Notes: a model not told the origin generated them from the sequence alone. 64,000 bases of DNA from Hemiscyllium ocellatum (GCF_020745735.1 NC_083413.1:14446001-14510000); one strand, 5' to 3'; shown: positions 50,290 through 63,594, counted from the stretch's first letter. Translations and numbers: made by a program.

Positions 50290-50870
50290 TACAGGGCCTT
50301 GGTGAGACCACACCTGGAATATTGTGCAGTTTTATTCCCCTTATCTCAGGGTGTCCTTGTTGTGGAAGGAGTGCAGGAAAAGTTTACCAGAGTGATTTTC
50401 TGGGATGGCAGGGCTGACATATGAGGAGAGGTTGAATTGATTAGAATTGTATTCATTGCAGTTCATAAGAATGAGGGGGAACCTCTTAAAAACATTGAAA
50501 ATTCTAACCGGACTAGACAGGGTGGATGCAGGAAGGGTGTTCCTGATGGTGGGGGTGTCCTGAACCACGGGTCACAATTGAAAGATACAGGGTCATTGTG
50601 TAGGACTGAGATGAGGGGAAATGTCTTCACTCGGAGTGTGATAAAACTGTGGAATTTGCTACCACAGAATAGAGTTGAGGCCAGTGATTTCAAGGTGTTG
50701 GAAGTAGTGATTGGGGCTAAAGAGGTCAAAGGATGATGGGGAATAGCAGGAACAGCCTATCTATGGTTGGATTTCAGATTTTGGGTGATCAACCCTGATC
50801 AAAATGAATGTTGTAACATGCTCAAAAGGGTTGAATGGCCCACTCCTGCTCCTACTGTCTATGTTTCTGA
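50290..50870 (+). mobile_element. CR1-like LINE 3' fragment
   Basis: Remnants LVRPHLEYC and FTRSVIKLWN, then the 3' UTR. Confidence 0.8.
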
Positions 50871-50937
50871 TTATTTATGGAGATCTACAGACTCCTACAT
50901 TGCTCAACCATGCTGCTAAACTTCCCTACTTGTTCTG

Positions 50938-51100
50938 GGAGAAAGTGAGGACTGCAGGTGCCGGAGTTCAGAGTTAAAAAATATGGTGCTGGAAAAGCAC
51001 AGCAGGTCAGGCAGCATCCGGGGAGCAGGAGAGTCGATGTTTTGGACATAAGCCCTTGATCAGGAATTCCTGCTGTGATTTTCCAGCACCACTCTTTCTG
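50938..51100. mobile_element. Penelope-derived inverted-repeat element
   Basis: Arms GGTGCTGGAAAAGCACAGCAGG / CCTGCTGTGATTTTCCAGCACC. Confidence 0.7.
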
Positions 51101-52097
51101 ATTCCAACTTCTCTATTCCTACTATTATCAGACTACACCTTAGATAAACAGCTGTGAAAGCTAATGTCAGACACCAAAGCATAAGGTGGATTTAATTAAC
51201 GGAGATGTTAGATGACCTACTACAGAAATATTAAACCCATTATAAACAATTCTGAACATATTTCAATACCCTGTAAACATTCTAGGAGTGTCTCGTTGAT
51301 ATAATCTTTACCCATCTGATTTTTGCATATTTCATGTAGATTAAAAATCTATCATTGTTATTGCTGTGCTTTCCGTACATATCTTAAAACTGATTTTATT
51401 CTAAATTCCACTGAAAGAAATAAATTATTATGACTGGATTAAGATTAAAAGAGAGCACTAATTTTTTTTTATTGTGTTGGAGAAATTTGTCATTCCAGAA
51501 GTGAAAAATTAGTGCTTCAGGTCTAGTGAGATGTTTAGTGGTAATTATGAAAGGTTTTTTTTTAAGGCAAGAGGAATTGGAAGATTCTGTCAAATCATTC
51601 ACTGCTCACGTATTGTTTGTGCATGTGCAGACTTCTGAAGCTATCCATGTCCATGGACTAATGGCAGCTGTGATGATCTTTGACCTGAAAGCTGGAAAGA
51701 CTAGGTGTAATTTCTTGAAAATGTCTGTGGGATCTGGAGTTGGATTTCAGATTTTTGAAAAGCACACTTAAGAGGTTTCTTTAGTTGTAAATGGACTCGT
51801 TGTGATATTCTTGAGTAGATAGTCATTTAGCATGTTGATCCTTGATCTGGAAGCACTGGATGGAAGTGAACGTACAGACACAAGCAGAAGGGTTTCAGCG
51901 TGGATTGTGAACATGATATCTTACTGCTGTTACTAATCAGTGTTGTACTAATCAACCAGGCTTTTCAATGATATTCGTTAAAGGAGTCTTTAGGGAACAT
52001 AAGGCATCAAGACTTTAAGACCAGTCTTAAAGGCTTCTGCAGGAATGTGTCATTCAGGTGATGGCTGTTTACTTCGTGTAAAGTCCTTGGAAAGGTA

Positions 52098-52815
52098 TTG
52101 AATGGAATGGAATTGAATTGAATTTATTGTCACGTATACCGAGACACCGTGAAAAGCTTTGTCTTGCGAGCAATACAGACAGATCACAGAGTTAAGTAGC
52201 ATAGATAGTAAATAATAGGTAAACAGCAGCAAAAACAAAATACAGGTACAGGCGAATGTTAAGGGTTTGTGAGTCTATTCAGTATTCTAACAACAGTAGG
52301 GTAGGAACTGTTTCGAAACCAGCTGGTGCATGTGTTCAGGCTTCTGTATCTTCTCCCCGATGGTCGAGGTTGTAGAAAAACATTGCCAGGTTGGGATGAA
52401 TCTTTCAGAAAGCTAGTGGCCTTTCCTTGACAGCGGGCCTGGTAGATGGATTCTGTAGATGGGAGGGTGGCCTTTGTGACTGTCCAGGCAGAGTTCACCA
52501 CTCTCTGTAACTGTGTCCAATCTTGAATGGTACAGTTGCCATACCAGGGAGTGATACATCCAGACAGAATGCTCTCGATGGCGCACCTATAAAAATTGGC
52601 AAGGGTATTCACCGTCATGTCAAATTTCCCCAGCTATCCGAGGAAGAAGAGACATTGTTGGGCTTTTGTAACCAGTGCATCCACATGAAGAGTCCAAGAA
52701 AGCTTATTGTGGATGACCACTCCCAGGAGTGTGACATTCTCTACTCATTCCACCTCTGCACTGTTAATGTGTAGGGCGGCATGAGTAGCATCCCACCGAA
52801 AATCAATAATGAGGT
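52098..52815 (-). mobile_element. Rex1/Babar-like LINE 3' fragment
   Basis: Same family as 43920-44993. AATAAA followed by an (ATTCA)n tail on the minus strand. Confidence 0.85.
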
Positions 52816-53744
52816 AGAGTCACCATCGGCCAGAGGATCATAGGGCTGCTCTTGCTCTTGCTTGGGAAATTGCAGTCTATGAGAGCTGCTCTCCCATAGA
52901 GGTAATGAGTTTAACCTGATGTGATGGATGAGGTTGAAAAGATGTGACCTTCATGAAGACCTCAGCCAGTGTGGGAATTGAACCTGAGATGTTGGGTTCA
53001 CTCTGCATTGCAAACTAACTATGCTAATTGACCCCCTAAAAGGCTATGACTAAGTGTGACTCTATGGAGAAATTGCTTGAATGGGAAAGTGAAGTGCAAT
53101 GTCTGGGGGGGATTACATGCAGGTATTTTCATTGTGTGGGATCTCGCTTTGTTGCATGGGATAGTTCAAAGTGAATTCTACTTTTTTATTTCCAAAATCA
53201 GATGCTATATTTAACTTGCATTGGTTCTGATTTGTGTTATAGCATTAGACAAAAAAAATTGAAACCTTGTTGATAATTCCTTCATTTCAAGGATTGTTGG
53301 GTAATTTTGTAATTTTGTTTCATGATTTCCCCAACAGAAAACGTTAAACAGCAGATATCAGTTTCATCTTGATAGCCATTGAAAAATATGGAGCAACAAA
53401 GTTTTAATATTGTTAATCGACTATATTATATAATTTGTTGAAGTTAATTCATTTTTGAAGGGCGGTTATTTTTCTGAGTTCTTTGCCACAGCCTATTCCT
53501 TATCATTGGGCTGTACCTTAACAACCATTGAATTAATGGGTATGTATGCAAGTCAGACAGTTCTGGCTGAGTGTACCATAAGCATGCAATTCTGGTCTCC
53601 CTGCTATAGGAAAGATGTCGTGAAACTTGCATGGCTTCAGAAAAGATTTACAAGGATATTTCCAGGTTTGGAGGGTTTGAGCTATAGGGAGAGTCTGAAT
53701 AGGCTCGGGCTATTTTTCTTGGTACATTGGTGGCTGAGGGGTGA

Positions 53745-55510
53745 ACTTAGCAAAAGTAAACATTGGGCCACTTCAAACTGATGCAGGAAGCCTCGTGATG
53801 GGAGATAAGGAAATAGCAGGAGAACTTAACAAGTACTTTGCGTCAGTCTTCACAGTGGAAGACATGAGTAATATCCCAACAATTAAAGGGAGTCGGGAGC
53901 TGAGTTGAGTGTGGCTGCTATTACAAAAGAGATAGTGCTAGAAAAGTTTAAAAAGTCTTAAAATTGATAAATCTCCTGGCCCCGATTGGATACACCCTAG
54001 AGTTCTGTGAGAGGTGGCTGAGGAAATAGCGGAGGCATTGGTTGAGATCTTTCAAGAGTTACTGGAGTCAGGAAAGGTCCCGGATGATTGGAAGATGGCT
54101 GTTGTAACCCCGTTATTCAAGACAGGATCAAGACAAAAGATGGAAAATTATAGGCCAATTAGCCTAACCTCGGTTGTTGGTAAAATTCTAGAATCCATCA
54201 TTAAGGATGAGGTTTCTAAATTCTTAGAAGAGCAGAGTCTGATTAGAACAAGTCAACATGGATTTAGTAAGGGGAGGTCATGCCTGACAAACCTGTTGGA
54301 ATTCTTTGAAGAGGTGACAAGTAGGTTAGACCAGGGAAACCCAGTGGATGTGGTCTATCTAGACTTTCACAAGGCCTTTGATAAGGTGCCACACAGGAGG
54401 CTGCTGAGCAAGGTGAGGGCCCATGGTGTTTGAGGTGAGCAACTGGGGTGGATTGAGGATTGGCTGTCTGACAGAAGGCAGAGAGTTGGGATAAAAGGTT
54501 CTTTTTCAGAATGGCAGTTGGTGACGAGCGGTGTCCCACAGGGTTCAGTGTTGGGGCCACAGCTGTTGGCATTATATATTAATGATTTGGATGAAGGGAC
54601 TGGGGGCATTCTAGTGAAGTTTGCAGATGATATGAAGTTAGGTGGCCAGGCAGGTAGTACTGAGGAAGTGGGGAGGCTACAGAAGGATCTAGACAGGTTG
54701 GGAGAGTGGTCCAGGAAAGGGCTGATGGAATTCAACGTGAGCAAATGCGAGGTCTTGTACTTTGTAAAAAAGAATAAAAGCATAGACTACTTTCTAAATG
54801 GTGAGAAAATTAGTAAAGTCAAAGTACAAAGGGATCTGAGAGTGCTAGTCGAGGATTCTCTAAAGGTAAACATGCAGGTTGGGTCCGTGATTAAGAAAGC
54901 GAATGCAGTGTTGTCACTTATCTTAAGAGGGTTGGAATATAAAAGCAGCGATGTGCTCTTGAGACTTTATAAAGCTCTGGTTAGGCCCCATTTGGAGTAC
55001 TGTATCCAGTTTTGGTCCCCACACCTCAGGAAGGACATACTGGCACTGGAACGTGTCCAGCGGAGATTCACACGGATGATCCCTGGAATGGCTGAGGATC
55101 CTGGGATTGTATTCATTGGAGTTTAGAAGATTAAGGGGAGACTTAATAGAGACATACAAGATAATACATGGCTTGGAAAGGGTGGACGTTAGGAAATTGT
55201 TTCCATTAGGCGAGGAGACTCGGACCCGTGGACAAAGCCTTAGAATTAGAGGGGGGTCAATTCAGAACAGAAATGCGGAGACATTTCTTCAGCCAGCGGG
55301 TGGTGGGCCTGTGGAATTCATTGCCACGGAGTGCAGTGGAGGTCGGGACGCTAAATGTCTTCAAGGCAGAGATTGATAGATTCTTGTCTTGAGGAATTAA
55401 GAGCTACGGGGAGAATGCTGGTAAGTGGAGTTGAAATGCCCATCAGCCATGATTGAATAGCGGAGTGGACTCGACAGGCCGAATGGCCTTACTTCCACTC
55501 CGATGTCTTA
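53745..55510 (+). mobile_element. Relatively young CR1/HER1-like LINE, 5'-truncated, with a nearly intact RT frame
   Basis: ORFs 54014-54433 and 54518-55126 share a frame and are split by one TGA. Motifs NYRPISLTS, YLDFHKAFDKV, GVPQGSVLGP and KFADD. An older CR1 piece precedes it at ~53575-53745. Confidence 0.95.
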
Positions 55511-55789
55511 TGGAGGGCGGAAAGGTAGCTGAGAATGCAATAAATGGATGGAGATGGGGGAGGAGGGGAGGAAACAGGAGATTGGCACTAGATAATAGTG
55601 TTCAACACAGCCCAGACCATCAGGCAAGCCAACCTTCCATCCACTGACTCCATCTACTCTTCTCAATGTCTCAGAAAGGCAATCAACATCATTAAAGAGC
55701 CCTTGAATTTCCTAAGTTTTTTTTTTATCTTTGAAGCATTGGAATCCGGGTGATACCAAAAATGGATTGTGCAGTGTTACAACTTATAT

Positions 55790-56620
55790 TGTGACAACGC
55801 TGTCACTTTAAGAAGTTAATTTGTTTTATTTTTGAGAAGTTGTAAGGCTGAAATGCTCATTAAGAGCACTTTAGTAAACAGCTTGGGAGGCCTTGCCTTA
55901 TTTTTACAGCCTGTGGCCAGCTCTCTCTCAGACCAGGATTTCTGAGTAGCATCAGAAGCTCCAGGGGTCTGAACAGAGTTGGAAGTTTCAGTGAATGTCT
56001 CTTGGCTGCTATTCTCTCTGAATTTTCTCTTGATGTTTCCTCCTGGATTGGAGAACTGCATGTGAGAATCTGTGTCTGAATTTTCCTTTTTTTTTGCCAA
56101 GGGCTGTGTTTATAAGATGTTACTATATTGGAACAGTTAATTGGCAACTGTTACCATATCTATATTACTTTAAGTTTCTAATAGAGTTAAGTTATTCTAA
56201 ATTTCTCTTTCTTTGGTTGTATTTCAACTACAGTGATTAATAAATTTGTTTAAGAACATAAAAAAGTACAGCACTGAACAGGCCCTTTGGCCCAGGATGA
56301 CCAAGATTGACTGGTCTGTAATTGCCAGGGATTTCCCTATTACCCTTCTTGAAAAGAGGAACAACATTCGCCTCCTTCCAATCCTCTGGTATGACTCCTG
56401 TGGAGAGTGAGGCAGGAAATAACCTCGCCAGTGGCTTAGCGACCTCCTTTCTTGCTTCCCAGAGTAGCCTAGGATAAATCTGGTAATTAACATCGAGTAG
56501 TTTGACCAGTCACATGGAATCTGGAACATACACTTTTCATTTGCCACTGAAATAAGAAAAGGTTAGGATTTGGCCTACATTCTTAAAATATTTTGAAGGG
56601 GTCTGACTTCGTCCATAACA
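55790..56620 (+). mobile_element. Solo LTR with a nested inverted CR1 fragment (~56250-56485)
   Basis: TGTGAC...ATAACA termini, flanks ATAT/ATAC and an internal AATAAA. Confidence 0.65.
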
Positions 56621-56707
56621 ATACAAAGCATTTGAAAATATGTTAGCTGGGGAACAGTACTCTGGCAAATAAAAGGATAGAAGTATTGCTGCAAAAAAAG
56701 ACACTTT

Positions 56708-57010
56708 TTCATAGAATCATAAAATCCCTACAGGCCCTTTGGCCCAACATGTCCACACTGACCCTCAGAAGGGTATCCCACCCAGACCCATTCCCCTACC
56801 CTATTACTCTACATTTCCCCTGATTAATACCCCATAACCTACACATTCCTGAACACTTTGGGCAATTTGAGCATGACCAATCCACCTGACCTGCACATCT
56901 TTGGACTGTGGGAGGAAGCTGGAGCACCCGGAGGAAACTCACGCAGACATGGGGAGAATGTGCAAACTCCACACAGATAGTTGCCTTCGGGTGAAATCGA
57001 ACCTAGGCCC
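56708..57010 (-). mobile_element. HE1-type SINE, 5'-truncated
   Basis: Reverse complement of the V-domain and tail. Confidence 0.8.
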
Positions 57011-57330
57011 TTGTTGCTTTTAGAAGTTTTTTTTGTCTTGCTCTCAAAGACATTTTGAAATAAAGCCAATTCAAGGAGAAAACTAACATTTATACTCCTC
57101 AGACTCCTCTCATACAGTATAAACGTTGGAAATCCCTCTGAATTGGGAATCTTGTGAAATGTCCTGTTGAGTGCGAGATGAAAAGCTTTTGACAAATCGT
57201 GTCTTTGTTCAGCAATACTCAAGTTCCCAACTATAAAATGACTTTGGTATTAATTGCCCTGCCTCCAGCCCTAGCTTGAAAAATTTAATAAGAAACCTTT
57301 ATAGTTGAAATACGCTGTCTTGTTTAGATA

Positions 57331-57750
57331 GTTAAAAATCACTCAACACCAGGTTATAGTCCAACAGGTTTAATTGGAAGCACACTAGCTTTCAGAGTGA
57401 CGCTCCTTCATCAGGTGCTAGTGGAGGGCTCGATCGTAACACAGAATTTATAGCAAAACTTTGCAGTGTGATGTAACTGAAATTATACATTGAAAAATTG
57501 ATTGTCTGTTAAGCCTTTCATCTGTTAGAATACAGTGATAGTTTCACTTCTTTCATGTGTAAATCACCAAACCCTTCTTTTTAAAGTTGCATTCTCAGGT
57601 TAGCTGCTAACAAGGGTGATAGCTAGACAATATGTTGAAGGTGTTGGCCCCCTATGTTCTCTGTCTATGACCTGATGTTTAGATTGATTCTAATCTAATA
57701 AGTGAGATAAGTGTTTTATATAAATTCCTGCAGTTTTTGAGCTCATTTAG
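57331..57750 (-). mobile_element. Penelope-like pLTR with hammerhead remnant
   Basis: Minus strand CACCTGATGAAGGAGCGTCACTCTGAAAGCTAGTG. Same family as 25516-25609. Confidence 0.75.
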
Positions 57751-58559
57751 ATTGTGTGATGGATCCCTTCTCCCTGGGTCAGAGGGACTTTGAAAAATCT
57801 TCAAATGTCCAAATTACAAGTTTCACATTACAAATGACTACCCTCTTAAGTAGTAATTTGATTTGTTAACTTCTTGTTTCCTGAGAAAATTAAAACTTTG
57901 TCAATGTAAAATTTCCCTGTATGGTCATTCTGAATGATGTTGCCACATGTTCTATTCAAAGCACCATTTTGAAACAGTTTTGCAATTGTCCTACTCTTGT
58001 GAAATTATTTTATGTTCTTTTTAGAACATTGACTAAGGTTTCAGAAATCATTTCATTTACGGGCAGTAGTATAAACTTGTTTCCCATGAATTTGCCACAA
58101 TTTAGTGGAGTGATTATTTTAATGAATGACATAATATATTAGAGAACAAGACTTTGAGAACATAACAGGGATGTAAGGATTGTGTCACTCTTACGAGTAG
58201 ATCCAGTTGAGCTAGAACTACCCCAACTTGTATAGCAATGTTGCAATGGAGCGCGGCGTGGTCAGTTGGCTCTACTCATTGCCTGCTCCTCGTTTGACTG
58301 CACCATTTCTTCTTTGTTTGAAAAGATTACACTTTTTCCACTTCAGGGAGGGCTTGAGTGTTTACCTGATGTGGTAATAAAATATCAATACAGCAGAATA
58401 TTTGAGCTTAATCATAAAAAAAGTGAGCTTTGTTTATTTAAACCCATCTAAATACACACAACATGTGCACACACAAATACCCATTATGATGTGGGGTAGG
58501 ATAGATTGGCCAAATTAGGGATTTTCTTTAATTAAAAAAATGTGTATGTACAATCTGTG

Positions 58560-59405
58560 ATCAACAGGAGCCCTTCGCCATTTCTAACCCATCTCCCTCC
58601 CTGTTCCCTTCCCAAATGCTAGTAGGATTTCCCTAGTTGTCACTTGCTATCCCACCAGCCTTTGCATCCAAAGGATTATGAGCTGCCATTTTTGATACCT
58701 CTAGGAGGATTCCGTCACCATGCACCTATTCCCCTCCCCTCTCTTGTCACATTCTACAACGACTTTTCTCTCTGGGACACCTGAATCCACTCCTCCTGCA
58801 CTCCCAAACATCTCCCACACTCCTACGGTCCCTTGTCTTGCAATCACAGAAGGTGCGTGTACCTCCTCTCTCCCCACTGTCCACTTGTCCAAGACCCCTT
58901 CCAAGGGAAGCTGTGATTTACTGCTGCCGTTGCAGATCTTTCCATCTGCCTTGATAACTTAAAGTCCTCAGGACTCATAATTGAATTTAACAACTTCAAA
59001 ATGTCAACACCACCTCCTTCCATGTTCATTACTCACCCCACACCCCTAGGTCCTGTTAGATTTGGTCAACCCATTTTCAACTGTTTACATTTCCCATTGG
59101 CATCCATTCAGCATTTATCTCTCTGTCAGCTTACTGCTTCTCATTTTCTCCTCTTTTTCTCTCTCTCTTTTTCTTTCTCTGTGGGTGCTGACTCCATCTA
59201 TTTGACTCACTTCTTCCCCTACCAATCACACCCACTTTTCAACATTATAAATATCATCCTTTTCCTGCTATTTCCACTCTGATGAAAGGTCGCTGAACAT
59301 TAACTCTGCTTTTCCTTCAACAGATGCTGCCAGACCTATCTGGTTTCTCCAACACTTGCTGCTTTTGTCTCAGATCTCCAGTAGCTGCAATTCCTTTGTT
59401 TTATT
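58560..59405 (+). mobile_element. Old Penelope-like remnant
   Basis: Decayed PLVxTxHP region, pyrimidine-rich tract and pLTR end (CTGATGAAAGG...AGATGCTGCCAGACC). Confidence 0.5.
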
Positions 59406-60847
59406 TCATTACGCAGTCTGTAGTTTTGGTGACTCAGTTGGCTTCAGGCTGAGTTCAGAATTTTAATACTTTCAATCTGCGCTCTCCTTTCACTGGTGAG
59501 GTGTTTCACAGCTGTGCAGTGATGTTTTTTCTTTAAAAACTCTGTCTGCTGGACATGAGGACGGATAATAGCAGAGAGTTTGTAAGTTCGGTGGAGATGG
59601 AAGACAATGAGGAAGCTATCTTAGCTGCTTGTCCTCTGTTGTGCTGAAAAGGCGTCCATAAAACATACAAAGGGCTAGTTTGCCATGAGATTGCCTTCTC
59701 TGTTCCAATGCACGTGCACCCCCCCCACAAATCAGACAGTATCCCATAGTTCAAATGATTGGATTTCATAGAATCCCTACAGTGTGGAAACAAATCCTTC
59801 GGCCCAACAAGTCCACACTGACCCTCTGGTTTGTTGGCTCAAATGTTATGCTAATACAACATGAAATATGATTTTTTCTGTGAGATTAAGTGTTTTGAGG
59901 TTTTAGAGATGTGTTGTCTCAAGGAGTTTGGAATGTCATAATGGATAATGCAAATTCAGTAGCCACCATGGCTGTAGTTTCAAGTCACTTTAGTCTATAC
60001 TTTACAAAGTCTGTTTTGAAAGGTTCAATTCCAGTTTCCAGCCAGTAGATTACAACTTATTATTTGCCATAAAGCGCATCTTAATAACAATGAAAATTGA
60101 TTGCGATTGCGTTAAATTTGATAACACCCAAGATGTTTCCTTGGAGTATCCTAGAGCAAATGTTTGAGGTCAAATCCACATAAGAAGACGGAAAGGCAGA
60201 TACCCAAAAATATGATCAGAGAAGTGGCCATTGAGGAATATCTCAACTGAGAAATAAGAAGGAATGAGATGGAAAGGTTTAGGAGGGAATTCTAGAGGTT
60301 TAGGGCCTTGGGAGCTAAATGCATAACCAGCAAACTGATAGATTCTCATCAAGCTATCTCTCTTTTTCTTGGTTTTCCTTATTGTTAAATTATTCAAAAT
60401 AGTGCCTTTTTGAGGTGCCAGATAAAAGCTTTTCACTGTATTTTACTGTATCCTTATTGTAAAATGCACGTGACAATCAAATCAAAAACAAATCAGTGCT
60501 AGAGCATCTAGTATCCAGGATGTTTCAGTGTCCAAATTTAGAAGATACCAGTTATTTTGGAGAAGTGCTAGGCTGGAAGAGATCAGAGACACGAAAGAAC
60601 CATGTCATGGAGGGATTTGAAAACCAAAATGAGAATTTTAAAATCATAATATTGCTCATGTCGGAACTAGTGTCTGCCAGTGAACTCAGGGATGAAGTGA
60701 GTAGGAATTTGTATGGATGAGAACATGTGCAGCAAGGGCTTTGGATAATCAAGTCTACAGATGGTAGAAAATACTGTCCATGAGTGAGTTGAGATCATCC
60801 AGTACAAACACCTGGGGCGACTGTTTTGGCTATAAGTAAGTTAAAGT

Positions 60848-60930
60848 TCCTGAACAAGGGCTTATCCCCGAAACGTCGATTCTCCTGCTCCTTGGATGTG
60901 CCTGGCCTGCTGTGTTTTTCCAGCACTACG
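60848..60930 (+). mobile_element. Penelope pLTR fragment with mutated hammerhead
   Basis: CCTGAACAAGGGCTTATCCCCGAAACGTCG followed by the family tail. Confidence 0.65.
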
Positions 60931-61639
60931 TTTTTCAACTGCAAGCAAGTTAAGGCAGGGAGGAGGTCTGAAAATATTAGGAAATCTTTTTGTCTTTTCA
61001 GAAGGTGGGGTGTGGGTGGCTAGACCAGCAGTTATTGCCTGTTCCTCATCGCACAGAGGGCAATTCAGAGTCAACCACATTGGTGTATGGGTCTAGAGTC
61101 ACATGTATATCAGCCCAGGTAAGGATGACCTTTTCCTTCCCTAAAGGGCATTAGTGAACCAGACAGGCTTTTCCTGACTATTGATGATGGCTTCAATGTC
61201 ATCATTAGACTCTTAATTCCAGATTTCTTTTTTATTGAATTCCAGTTTTATCATCTGTGATGGTGGGATTGTTGACCTCTTGTGCTGTTTATTTTATTGG
61301 CAGCACGATGCTGTAGCACAGGATAGTATCAACTGTATCATGTAATGCCTTTTAAGAGGAAGCTTTCAGCACTTTTATAGATTCTTACAGAGCAAAAGGT
61401 GGCCATTCAGTACATGACGCTTGTACTACCAGTCCTTTGAAATATCTGGAATTACCCACCTGTTTCCTCACAGTCCTGCCCATTTCCCTTTGGATTTACA
61501 TCCATTTGTCCTAGTCTTCATATTATATTATCAGTGGCTAACACCGCAGCCAATCTGCCCTTGCAGCACTGATCTCAGGAAATGTGTTTAATGGTGTACC
61601 CATGGATGCAACACAGGTATGTGCCTGCACATTCCACAC

Positions 61640-61800
61640 TAGAGTAGACAGGCAGGAGGCTGGAAGAACACAGCAAGCCAGGCAGCATCAGGAGGTGGAG
61701 AAGTTGACGTTTCGTTGGACGGCCTCCAGGCCCTCTGCTTCTTCCTCTCCGACAGACTCATCCGGTCCCCCTCCACCAAGGCCCTCCTCCACTTGCAACT
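61640..61800. mobile_element. Penelope remnant: inverted pLTR plus short RT fragment
   Basis: pLTR arm followed by DGLQALCFFLSDR..SPSTKALLHL, a PLE RT-like segment. Confidence 0.55.
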
Positions 61801-62134
61801 GCTGCATGTTTCACATGGCATGCACAACATATGGCATCTTTCTCTTGTAAAGCACGATTTTCGTTACAGCCATCTTGGGCCAGAGAACACGTGCAGAGGA
61901 AGTAATAGGAGGTAGACAGGAAAGTAGATTGAGGCCATGCTTTTATCAAATGGCAGCGTAGGCTGGACGGGCTGAATGGCCAGCTCCTCATTGGAATTCA
62001 CATGTTTCTCTGCTTGTCTAAATTCTGCATTGGTCAAATAATGGAGGTGCAGAATTGCAAAGAGCATTGGCTTCAATGAATAGCAGGGTGGCCTGCTCAC
62101 TTGCTGCTGGTAAAGGCTTATTTGTGCCATTGCC

Positions 62135-63148
62135 TTACACTGTGCTGTCATAGCTGACGTGACCGTTAGCTCTCTTATAACTGCCACACAGACGTATGTC
62201 TGGAATTTCTGTTTTAATGTGGATCTTTTGGAGTAGCAACTCTTGGAAAGACTTGGACATGAAAAAGTAAATGATGGGGTCGAGGGATCCATTGCAAGCA
62301 GCCAGGAATAGCGTGAACTCTCTCCCGTGAAACCGGACACTTTCGACTGAGCAGTTGAAGTTTCCACGCATCTGACCAGCGGTGAACGACAGTCTCCAAA
62401 GGTGATAAGGCACAAAACAGATGAAAAAGACAGCAACAACCCAGGCTATGTTTTGGTTTATCTTGTAGTTTTTGTTGGTGGCAGTGCTGAATGTTTTCTT
62501 TGACTTAAGGATTTCCTTCATGATGAAGAAGTAACAAACAACTAGGATGAGGAAGCCAATGAAGAATATCCCTGTGCAAATGTAGATCACTGCCTCGTGC
62601 CAGTGCTTCCCAAAAGGACTCTTAAGCGAGTTGCAGTGCTTCACGTTTTCTGCGGTGGCCTTTTTGTTGGTGAGAATGCTGTTTGGAACCCCCAAGGCCA
62701 GCACGAGTAGCCACACTCCAGCTGAAAACATCCTTGCGCGGTTGATGTCATGCAATTTGGAGTTCCTGAATGGTTTCACAATTTTCAGGCATCTGTCCAG
62801 ACTGATCAGACTGAGGAACAGTATACTGGCGTACATGCTCAGGTAGAAGATCACCTCCGAATAGCGGCACACAAACCAGGTTAGTTGCCAGGGCGCGAGG
62901 TCTGACTTGCTGAGTATTTTAAATGGATACGTGAGAGTCATTAACAAGTCAGACATTGCCAAGTTTTTAAGGTAGAAATCAAAACTCCGCGTTTTCTTAA
63001 TCTTGAAGAATATCCAGATAGCCAGGCTGTTTAATGTGAAGCTGATAATGAAAACGATCGAATAGAGTATTGGATAAACCACTTCTGCAATCTTGCTGTC
63101 TCTTGAGCAGAAGGAATGATTTGAAGTTATGTCATGTGTTGTATTCAT
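62135..63148 (-). CDS. GPR87: GPR87-like GPCR (337 aa); the true start is the ATG at 63148, not the GTG at 63190
   Basis: Intact 7TM ORF with GPR87-like segments FYLKN, LKSPFGKHWHEAV, KINQNIAWVVAVFF, TLFLAACN, DPIIYFFM and a YDSTV tail. Acceptor cccctctcgacttccAG at 63166-63167 places 63190 in the intron. Its position after P2RY14 fits the known cluster order. The symbol is tentative. Confidence 0.8.
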   Translation of the reverse strand: MNTTHDITSNHSFCSRDSKIAEVVYPILYSIVFIISFTLNSLAIWIFFKIKKTRSFDFYLKNLAMSDLLMTLTYPFKILSKSDLAPWQLTWFVCRYSEVIFYLSMYASILFLSLISLDRCLKIVKPFRNSKLHDINRARMFSAGVWLLVLALGVPNSILTNKKATAENVKHCNSLKSPFGKHWHEAVIYICTGIFFIGFLILVVCYFFIMKEILKSKKTFSTATNKNYKINQNIAWVVAVFFICFVPYHLWRLSFTAGQMRGNFNCSVESVRFHGREFTLFLAACNGSLDPIIYFFMSKSFQELLLQKIHIKTEIPDIRLCGSYKRANGHVSYDSTV

Positions 63149-63594
63149 TTTTTTGATTCTAAATCCTGGAAGTCGAGAGGGGAAATGCACAAGAGTTAAT
63201 GTTATTGTGATGAACTGGGTTAAAGTAGTTTAACACCAATTCTTAAAGACTTAAATGTAAATTGTACAACAGCTAACTCTGATTTCTAAAAAGAGCTTAC
63301 CAAGGTATCGCTTTTGATTTAGATGCTCTGATGGTATTGTGCTGTATTTTTCTACACTTAAGTAATCAGTAACAATTTTTTTTTAGTTATTTATTCACAT
63401 CTGAAGTGAAGAATTCTCCAGTGGACAGATCCTTCTCTGTCTGTGGCTCCTCTAGTCCCAGTACCTCTGCCACCAAATTGGGCACAGCAAATTGGGATGA
63501 CTTTATCCCAGTCTGTTCTTGCCTAAGAAGTGCATCAAAGTATTACTCTCATTCTTGATTTGGTTTAATATTTTTGCATTAGGAGTTTAGCATT

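Noticed and set aside
51560-52098. Possible fifth GPCR remnant (LSKDF resembles helix 8)
   Set aside because: There are no TM motifs on either side of the adjacent LINE, so the match is probably chance.
61640-61715. Hammerhead in the GPR87-like 3' UTR
   Set aside because: Only the GAAACGUC half is present on the mRNA strand. The CUGAUGA and stem II half is missing.
63149-63190. 14-aa N-terminal extension MHFPSRLPGFRIKK in the ORF track
   Set aside because: It starts at a GTG inside the polypyrimidine tract, upstream of a strong splice acceptor at 63166-63167.
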